Assembly (NCBI GenBank): GCA_900545005.1
Contig: UQXO01000007.1
Span: 11,126 to 75,125 of the forward strand
Direction of reading: 5' to 3'
DNA: 64,000 nucleotides
Origin: an uncultured Mycoplasmatota bacterium
Lineage (GTDB): Bacteria; Bacillota_I; Bacilli_A; RF39; UBA660
The translations under genes and the position numbers were made by a program. Shown piece after piece: positions 54,723 through 62,005 of this stretch (the first letter of the stretch is position 1; each line of letters opens with the position of its first letter). The notes beneath the pieces are model-generated. The model did no database searches, had not been told where the DNA came from, and saw nothing but the letters and a program-made list of their open reading frames with translations.

Positions 54723-56009
54723 ATGAAAAAAGTATTTATACCAGCAGTAATTGTCCTAAGTCTAATGAATGTTTCGGCTAAAGGAAAATGGGATGCTCCC
54801 TATAATGATACGATGTTAGAAAGCAATGGTCTTACGAAAAACTTAATCTGTGTGAAAAAAGAGTGTGTAGAAACTATTACTATCCCTGAAAATTTTAAAG
54901 GAAAAATTTTAAATATAAAACCTAATGTTTTTTCTAATGAACATGATGTCTCTATGCCCGGAGATACCAGAACTTATACTCTAAAAATCATTAATTTAAG
55001 TAATAATAACTATACTTATCAAGATAATTCCCTATATTTAAAACCCGTCGAAGCTAAAGAATCCTATAAAGATATTCTAAGCTATAATAATGCTTATATT
55101 CCGGTTTTTTCTACTATGTATCGCCTCTATAATTCCGAGCCTTTAAAATTTTTATATGAGGGGAAAGACTTAACCGATGAACAAATTAAAGATGAGAATA
55201 TCGAGGCTAAACTTCAAGCCTTAGGTTATAGTGGTATTTCGGAGTTAGATAAATATTATATTGATTATTTTAATAAAAATTATGGGACTAATTTTAAGTC
55301 TTTAGAAGATTTAACCCCCAAATATATTAATAAGATATGGACTAATATCAGTAGAAATAGTAAGATTCCGGAGACTAATAAAAATCTAATTGAATTTCAT
55401 CATAATTACTTCTATAACACTCTATTATCAATGAAATATAATGATAAGAAAGATTTAGATAATAATATCTATTCAGTAGGAGCATATTCTAGGAAAGAAG
55501 AAAGCTATCAAAATATAAATACAGCTTTACGTTCTATTACGATTCCTAAAACAAGTGAGACCTCTTTAGATCCCTTCTATTTCCATTTAAATGGTCCTTT
55601 AACCAGAAACTCCTTTACTTTATTTACTTATGGTGTTGATATAGGTTTATCTTTTGATAAAGAAATTAAGTATGGAAAAGTTAAAGCTTATTATATTGAT
55701 TCTTTAGGTAATCTTTTAAGTGATACTGTTACCTATGAAGATGAAATTGATAAGGAGTATGAAACTGAAGAAAAGACTTTTCCGGGATATAAATTAATCC
55801 GAATAGATGGCAATAAGAGTGGTACCTACATTGAAAAATTACAAGAAGTCTATTATATGTATGATTTAGTTAATGAGATTCCGGTAGATAATATTATTCC
55901 TAATGATAATCTATATACAGGTGTAACTGATAGTAATTGGCCTTTTTATAGTTTAATAGTTTCTTTTTTACTTTTAATAGGAGCTAAGATAAAATATGCT
56001 AGAAAATAA
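54723..56009 (+). CDS. cell-surface protein with MucBP-like domain and C-terminal sorting signal (NLYTG + TM + KIKYARK)
   Basis: Signal peptide, MucBP-like GKVKAYYIDSLGNLLSDTVTYEDEIDKEYETEEKTFPGYKL, and a C-terminal motif/hydrophobic/basic tail tripartite signal. Confidence 0.7.
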   Translation: MKKVFIPAVIVLSLMNVSAKGKWDAPYNDTMLESNGLTKNLICVKKECVETITIPENFKGKILNIKPNVFSNEHDVSMPGDTRTYTLKIINLSNNNYTYQDNSLYLKPVEAKESYKDILSYNNAYIPVFSTMYRLYNSEPLKFLYEGKDLTDEQIKDENIEAKLQALGYSGISELDKYYIDYFNKNYGTNFKSLEDLTPKYINKIWTNISRNSKIPETNKNLIEFHHNYFYNTLLSMKYNDKKDLDNNIYSVGAYSRKEESYQNINTALRSITIPKTSETSLDPFYFHLNGPLTRNSFTLFTYGVDIGLSFDKEIKYGKVKAYYIDSLGNLLSDTVTYEDEIDKEYETEEKTFPGYKLIRIDGNKSGTYIEKLQEVYYMYDLVNEIPVDNIIPNDNLYTGVTDSNWPFYSLIVSFLLLIGAKIKYARK

Positions 56010-56565
56010 GAGTATTAGAAGATTATTAACTTTATTACTTCTACTGAATTTTATCTTAATTATCGTGTGTCTAGTAAGAATAAAATTTAGTTATGCTAAT
56101 ACTAAGACTTATAATGTAATGGCAAAAAGTTCTTATAAAGATGATTATACTAAAAAGATGAATACTGATATCGTAGGAAGTATAACTCTTGCTAATAAAA
56201 CCTATCTTTTAGTTCAGACTGATAATAATACTTATTACTTAAATCATGATTATGAGAAAAAAGAAGATAAGTTTGGGGCTATATTTGTTGATTATCGTTG
56301 CAGTTTATTAGAGGATACCAATTGTTATATATATGGTCATAGTTCGGCAAAATATGACCTTCCTTTTAATATTTTATTTTCTTATCAAGATATTAATTTC
56401 CAAGCTATGAATAATTTAATTACTATTAATTATAAAGGAATTGATCTAACTTATGAGATTGTTAAAGTAACCGATAATTATGATGATTTAGGAAAGTTTT
56501 TATATATTCAAACTTGTGATGAATTTGCCCAAGGAAATATAATTTTAGTTGCGAAAAAAGTCTAA
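55996..56565 (+). CDS. srtB: class B sortase-like transpeptidase
   Basis: NTDIVGSITL...QTDNNTYYLNHDY...GAIFVDYR...CYIYGHSS (His) and LYIQTC (Cys) match class B sortases. 14-nt overlap with the substrate gene. Confidence 0.75.
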   Translation: MLENKSIRRLLTLLLLLNFILIIVCLVRIKFSYANTKTYNVMAKSSYKDDYTKKMNTDIVGSITLANKTYLLVQTDNNTYYLNHDYEKKEDKFGAIFVDYRCSLLEDTNCYIYGHSSAKYDLPFNILFSYQDINFQAMNNLITINYKGIDLTYEIVKVTDNYDDLGKFLYIQTCDEFAQGNIILVAKKV

Positions 56566-56595
56566 GAATGCTATCATTATAGTAGGTGATATAAT

Positions 56596-57384
56596 ATGGA
56601 AAATAAAAATAACGATGTTTTTAGTGATATAGTTAATAATCATCGTAGTCAAATTCAAGATGATGAAGTAATTAATTTTGCTAATAAGCATCACTATGAA
56701 AATAAAGTGGCTCCTAATCTCGAAGCTCCTAAAGTAACAGACTTCAAGATAGATTATGAAGGTAAAGAATATCAGGGAGTTTCCAAAGAAAGTAAGAAAA
56801 TGGACCGTCGTACCTTCTTAAAACTTCTTGGAGCTACGGCACTTGCGGCTATGGGCTATAAAATGGCTAAAGATAAAATAGGTCCTGAGGTTGCTTTAGC
56901 AACTGCAATGCAAGAAACGCGAGATTTAGTAGAACAAATTGTCGCTATGGATCCAAGTTTTGAAAATAATTCAGAATTTATAAGTGGTACGAATGAGAAA
57001 GGTGAATTTTATATTGAAACAAGTAACCAAAAAGGTTATGATGATTTAATTAATTATTTAACTACTTATAGTAAAAATAGTGATGGTAAAGATGCCGGAA
57101 AAGGATTAAGTCACGACCAGGCCATTTATGCGATTAGTCTTTGCGGCGAGCCTAAAGGACTTTATGAAACTTACTATAATTTAAGCCAACCTGAATTTAT
57201 GGAAAGTTATTTTAAAGGACCAGGTAGTGAAATAAATGGTAGTGCTTACCAAAACTATATGCAAAGTGGTAAGAGTATTAAAACTGGGGTTATGACAGGA
57301 ATACCTTACGCTGAGGGAATTAAAAATTTAGAACAAAATATCTATTTAATAGATGAGACAAAAGAAAGTGGTAAAGCTTTATGA
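56596..57384 (+). CDS. hypothetical single-pass membrane protein with internal RRTFLK motif
   Basis: About 70 aa of cytosolic N-terminus, DRRTFLKLLGATALAAMG (Tat-signal-like, or simply a TM anchor), then a soluble domain of about 170 aa. Confidence 0.5.
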   Translation: MENKNNDVFSDIVNNHRSQIQDDEVINFANKHHYENKVAPNLEAPKVTDFKIDYEGKEYQGVSKESKKMDRRTFLKLLGATALAAMGYKMAKDKIGPEVALATAMQETRDLVEQIVAMDPSFENNSEFISGTNEKGEFYIETSNQKGYDDLINYLTTYSKNSDGKDAGKGLSHDQAIYAISLCGEPKGLYETYYNLSQPEFMESYFKGPGSEINGSAYQNYMQSGKSIKTGVMTGIPYAEGIKNLEQNIYLIDETKESGKAL

Positions 57385-57590
57385 ATATGAATGATACAAT
57401 TGATTTTTATACTTTAGATGGTAAAATCTACTTGATTGTTAAAGAAATTAATTTTAATAATCATAAATATGTATACTTAACTAATGAAATGGATTATCAT
57501 GATTTGCTTTTAAGAAGAGTAGAGGGCAATGATTTACTTCCTTTATCTAAGGATGAAGCTACTGCCGTTTTAAGTATATTATTTTCATAA
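57381..57590 (+). CDS. small DUF1292-like protein
   Basis: IDFYTLDGKIYLIVKEINFNNHKYVYLTNE...LLPLSKDEATAVL follows the DUF1292 pattern. ATGA overlap with 56596..57384. Confidence 0.45.
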   Translation: MNMNDTIDFYTLDGKIYLIVKEINFNNHKYVYLTNEMDYHDLLLRRVEGNDLLPLSKDEATAVLSILFS

Positions 57591-57666
57591 TTAGACTTTC
57601 TTAGTCTTTTTTTCATTTATTTTTCACAATTAATATCTAAAATTAAATCTGTAGGAGTGATACTTT

Positions 57667-59100
57667 ATGCAAAGAAAAAATAAAAATATAATTCTAATTA
57701 CTGTGATGTTACTGTTCTTAAGTTTTAGTATGATTTTGTATCAGGACTTAACTGCTAAAGAAAATGTTGATTCTAGTTATAATGATAAGTATAGTGAATC
57801 TATAGGAGGTAGTGATTATAATTACCAATTTCCTAGTGATGGTTATAATAATTCTGATACCGTTAAAACTTCTTATAAGACTAGAGGTATTCAGATTTTT
57901 ACTACTATAATCATGAGTATTTTAATTATTATTAGTCTACAAATAGCTTTCTTTCTTATCTTTTCTGGATTTAATTATTTAACATTTCATTTGACCTTTT
58001 TTCCTTTGGCTAAAATAGGAGTTTATCTAATATTAAGTTTAGGATTAACTAGTACTATTTTATATTTGACAATTAAACCTATTACCTTCTTACCGGCTGA
58101 TAGTATAGTTGAAGAAAAACCTAATGGCAATAATAATGATAAAGACGCAAAAAAATTAGAAGGAACAGAAGTTACTGATAAAGATATTAACTTAAATGAT
58201 TATAGCACCAATATTTCTTTAACAAGAGGAGGTACTTATAATTTAACGGGTGAATTTACCCATACGATTATTGTCAATTGTAATGGGGATATTACTCTTT
58301 CTTTAAACAATGTTAATATTAAGTCCCAAGATATGGCTAGTATTGTAAATCTTGGTAGTGGTAAGTTAAAGATTGAGACTCTAGAGAATACGATTAATAC
58401 TCTTAGTGATGCTGGTTCATCTAACTATGATAGTGTTATTTATTCTACTGGTCCTTTAGAGCTTAAAGGCAATGGTACTTTAAATATTGAGGGTAACCAG
58501 AGTATGGGAATTAATGTTTCTAGTAATGATTTTACTCTAAGTAGTGGTAATGTCCAAATTAAGGCCAAAAAATATGGCATCGTTACCTCTAGTGATGGGG
58601 GATTAATTAATATTACCAATGGTTATCTAACTATTAATAGTAGTCTTACTAATTTAAAATCTAAACAAAATATTATTATCGATGGCGGTACTATCTATCT
58701 TACCGGAACCGAAGAAGATTCTCCAATCGATACCGTAAATGGTTATGAGATAAACGGTGGTACTTTGCTTGCTTTAGGCAAAGATATCTATGAGGCTCCA
58801 ATTACTAGTTCTAAAAACTATACTATTTGTTTGAAGTTAAAAGATATAATAAAAAAAGATAGTATTTTAAGTTTAATGAATAGTAAAAAAGAAGAAATAT
58901 TAACTTTCTTAGCGACGGATGATGCTAGTAGCATCATTATTAGTACGAAGTCTTTAACTAAAGGAACTTATAGTCTTTTAAAAGACGGGAAGAGTAGTGG
59001 TACTTTAGAAAATAATATCTATCAGAATGGTACCTTTACTGATGGGGTTATAGTTGATAAAAATATCGAAGTAACTAGTAAAATTACAACTAAAAAATAG
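57667..59100 (+). CDS. membrane protein with C-terminal Cthe_2159-type carbohydrate-binding beta-helix domain
   Basis: Four hydrophobic segments, then ISLTRGGTYNLTGEF..IIVNCNGDITLSLNNVNIKS...NTLSD...IYSTGPLELKGNGTLNIEG, typical of PF14262-like proteins. Confidence 0.65.
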   Translation: MQRKNKNIILITVMLLFLSFSMILYQDLTAKENVDSSYNDKYSESIGGSDYNYQFPSDGYNNSDTVKTSYKTRGIQIFTTIIMSILIIISLQIAFFLIFSGFNYLTFHLTFFPLAKIGVYLILSLGLTSTILYLTIKPITFLPADSIVEEKPNGNNNDKDAKKLEGTEVTDKDINLNDYSTNISLTRGGTYNLTGEFTHTIIVNCNGDITLSLNNVNIKSQDMASIVNLGSGKLKIETLENTINTLSDAGSSNYDSVIYSTGPLELKGNGTLNIEGNQSMGINVSSNDFTLSSGNVQIKAKKYGIVTSSDGGLINITNGYLTINSSLTNLKSKQNIIIDGGTIYLTGTEEDSPIDTVNGYEINGGTLLALGKDIYEAPITSSKNYTICLKLKDIIKKDSILSLMNSKKEEILTFLATDDASSIIISTKSLTKGTYSLLKDGKSSGTLENNIYQNGTFTDGVIVDKNIEVTSKITTKK

Positions 59101-59128
59101 TGAACTTATGTAAGCTCACTATTTTTTT
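59099..59128. terminator. bidirectional terminator-like hairpin between convergent genes
   Basis: Stem AGTGAACT/AGCTCACT (one mismatch) followed by TTTTTTT. Confidence 0.45.
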
Positions 59129-59143
59129 AAACCTTCTAAAGAA

Positions 59144-59698
59144 TTAAATCTCTCGCATTAATTCTTTGTCTTTAAAAGGATTCTTCTTATCAATCTTATC
59201 GACAAATAAAATACCATCTAAATGGTCAATTTCATGTTGAAAAGCTACCGCTATATCTTCACGAACACGAATACGATAAGTATCCCCATTATAATCGTTA
59301 TATTCCACTGTAACACGAGCCGCTCTTGGTACAATGCCCTCGACTTCGCGATTAACCGATAGACACCCTTCACCCTCACCAACATAGATTAATTCTTCAC
59401 TTTGAGAAACAATCTTCGGATTAATGATAACATAATTTTCAAATTTGCCTTTTTCGACCTCATCAACTATGACAAATATTCTTTTAGCCACGCCAATTTG
59501 GGGATAAGCAAGCCCCATACCCGGTCTTAAGTCATATTTTTCGGCATATTCATCTATCTGACTCATTGTTAGATATTTAATCATATCATCAATTTTCTTT
59601 TGATCTTCTTTAGCTAAGGGAAATTCTGTTACTGGTTTAGCTTTTTCATGTAAAATCTTTTCTTTTTCATCAAGAATAACTATTTCTGGTAATTTCAT
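59144..59698 (-). CDS. def: peptide deformylase
   Basis: GLAYPQIG, EGCLS and HEIDHLDG motifs. GGTGGA RBS before ATG at 59698. Confidence 0.95.
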   Translation of the reverse strand: MKLPEIVILDEKEKILHEKAKPVTEFPLAKEDQKKIDDMIKYLTMSQIDEYAEKYDLRPGMGLAYPQIGVAKRIFVIVDEVEKGKFENYVIINPKIVSQSEELIYVGEGEGCLSVNREVEGIVPRAARVTVEYNDYNGDTYRIRVREDIAVAFQHEIDHLDGILFVDKIDKKNPFKDKELMREI

Positions 59699-59782
59699 CA
59701 ATTTCCACCCCACATTCATTGGTATTTTATCAAAAAACCAAATAAAAATAAAGAGGGTAAAAGAAAAAAGAGAGAAAACTCT

Positions 59783-59968
59783 CTAACGATTATTATTGCC
59801 ACCAAAAGTCCAGCCAGCCCCGATGATGATTACTAAAAGAATAAATAAAACGATCCAAATAGCAGCCCCGTAGCCATAACCATAACCTGCCGTGGTACCA
59901 ACATAAGTACTACAAGGATTTTGATAACCGTAGCCGCCGTAGTAGCCATTATTTCCATAATAATACAT
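59783..59968 (-). CDS. Gly/Tyr-rich tiny transmembrane protein (YjcZ-family-like sporulation protein)
   Basis: MYYYGNNGYYGGYGY...GYGYGYGAAIWIVLFILLVIIIGAGW: a G/Y-rich head and one TM helix. Strong AAAGGAGG RBS. Confidence 0.6.
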   Translation of the reverse strand: MYYYGNNGYYGGYGYQNPCSTYVGTTAGYGYGYGAAIWIVLFILLVIIIGAGWTFGGNNNR

Positions 59969-60086
59969 ACTTATACCTCCTTTATGTATCTATTATATTT
60001 TATGGGTTGACAATTTTTTTGACACAATAGATGAACTAGAAAACAAAATGAGTATAATTTATGCTATTATATTGTAGGAGGATATT

Positions 60087-61247
60087 ATGAAAAAGCTTTT
60101 ATCAAAAATGAATCTATCTCTTTTGGGACTTACTATTCTTTATTCAATCTTAGGATGTATTATGATTTATAGTGCTTCTAGTGTCTTAACGGTCTTAAAG
60201 CAAGGAGTGGCCAGTAATTATTATTTTCTAAGACAAGTAGCTATTTTAATTATTAGTATCTTTGTTACTATTATTGTAACTAGATTTCCCTTAGGATCTT
60301 ATAAGTACTTTTCGTATCCCTTAGTAATAGGAATTGGAGCCTCACTAGTAGGACTGCTTCTTGCCGGTAAAATTACTAATGGTACTAAGGGATGGTACGA
60401 TTTAGGTTTCTTTAATCTCCAGCCGGCCGAATTTGCTAAGTCTATTATTATTATCTATCTAGCAACATCTTATGAAAAATTAGTAAAGAAAAAAGAGTCT
60501 AGGACGATTATTTATTTTTTACCTTTATGTGTTGCTATGATAATTGCTCTTTTAGTCTTAAAACAACCCGATTTAGGTAGTGCTATTATTATTGGAGCCT
60601 TATCTTTAATGATATTCTTAAGTGTCCCAATGCCTAAGAAAAATCATCATCAAGCTTGCCTTGGACTTTTAATTATCGGAATAGTGGGAATCAGTCTCTG
60701 TATGGCTTTTAAAGATAAAATATTTACTGAATATCAGCTATCACGTTTTTCCTTTCTAGCCCCTTGTAGTAGTGAAAAAAGAAACGAACGTCTAGGATAT
60801 CAAGTTTGTAATGGTTATATTGCTATTAAAAATGGTGGCCTATTTGGCCTAGGCTTTGGTAATTCAACCCAGAAATATCTATATCTACCCGAAGCTCATA
60901 CTGACTTTATATTCCCAATCATCGTTGAAGAACTAGGACTCGTTACCGGCATCTTAATTATCTTAGGCTATATCATTATGTTAAGAGAAATCTTAAAAAT
61001 TGCTAAAAACGCTCTAACAGTTAGTAACTGTTTAATTGCTTATGGTACCGCTTGCTACCTAGGACTTCATATCCTAGTTAACCTTTTAGGCGTCTTAGGA
61101 CTTATGCCCCTAACGGGAGTACCTTTACCCTTCTTTAGCTATGGTGGTTCCTTTGCTATTAATGCCATTATGATGATTGGAATTACCGAAAAAATCGCTA
61201 TTGAGACAAAAAATAGCAAATTTCGTGCGAAAATTATCAATTTATGA
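60087..61247 (+). CDS. ftsW: SEDS-family peptidoglycan polymerase FtsW/RodA/SpoVE
   Basis: About 10 TM helices, QPAEFAK, EAHTDFIF and PLPFFSYGGS motifs. Confidence 0.9.
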   Translation: MKKLLSKMNLSLLGLTILYSILGCIMIYSASSVLTVLKQGVASNYYFLRQVAILIISIFVTIIVTRFPLGSYKYFSYPLVIGIGASLVGLLLAGKITNGTKGWYDLGFFNLQPAEFAKSIIIIYLATSYEKLVKKKESRTIIYFLPLCVAMIIALLVLKQPDLGSAIIIGALSLMIFLSVPMPKKNHHQACLGLLIIGIVGISLCMAFKDKIFTEYQLSRFSFLAPCSSEKRNERLGYQVCNGYIAIKNGGLFGLGFGNSTQKYLYLPEAHTDFIFPIIVEELGLVTGILIILGYIIMLREILKIAKNALTVSNCLIAYGTACYLGLHILVNLLGVLGLMPLTGVPLPFFSYGGSFAINAIMMIGITEKIAIETKNSKFRAKIINL

Positions 61248-61297
61248 AAAAAATTCGTGATTTATTTCTAATATATATATATAGGAGGTGATAAATC

Positions 61298-62005
61298 ATG
61301 AATTTTTATTTTGACTTAGTAAAGTCTTTTTTACAGAAATATTTTCTTTTAATTATTATGTTTCTTTTAAGTTTAACTTCTTTAGGATTTAGTCTTTATA
61401 ATACTTACTATTTGAGTAATCAATATTCTAAAGAAACGGTTACTCTACCAGATAATCATCTAGAAGAGAGTAGTAAAGAAGAAACTAAAGAATTAGAAAG
61501 TATTCCCGAAGAAAAGTATTATGTTGATATTAAAGGCTATGTTAAAAAACCAGGTGTCTACGAAGTAAGTAAAACCTCGATAGTTAATGACTGTCTAAAA
61601 TTAGCTGGTGGCCTTCTTAAGAATGCAGATACGACGACAATAAACTTAAGTAAGCCTGTAAGTGCGGCGATGGTTATTTATGTTCCCAAGAAAAATGAAG
61701 TTATTAAAAGTACAACCGATAAGACAACCACCACTACGACCGAAATTCCTAATAACGCAGCTATTCCTGATAATAGTAATACTTCTAATGATACATCTAG
61801 TGCAACTCTAAACTTAAAAATCAATCTTAATACAGCTTCCAAAGAAGAACTAACTAAACTAAGTGGAATCGGCGAGGCAAAAGCCCAAGATATTATTGAC
61901 TATCGAAATACTAACGGTTCCTTTAAGACTATTGAAGAAATAAAAAATATTTCGGGGATAGGAGATGCTTTATTTGCTAAAATCAAAGACAACATTACTA
62001 TCTAA
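61298..62005 (+). CDS. comEA: competence protein ComEA (DNA receptor)
   Basis: TM anchor, SLBB-like region (YVDIKGYVKKPGVYEV) and a C-terminal tandem helix-hairpin-helix (INLNTASKEELTKLSGIGEAKAQDII...ISGIGDALFAKI). Confidence 0.9.
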   Translation: MNFYFDLVKSFLQKYFLLIIMFLLSLTSLGFSLYNTYYLSNQYSKETVTLPDNHLEESSKEETKELESIPEEKYYVDIKGYVKKPGVYEVSKTSIVNDCLKLAGGLLKNADTTTINLSKPVSAAMVIYVPKKNEVIKSTTDKTTTTTTEIPNNAAIPDNSNTSNDTSSATLNLKINLNTASKEELTKLSGIGEAKAQDIIDYRNTNGSFKTIEEIKNISGIGDALFAKIKDNITI

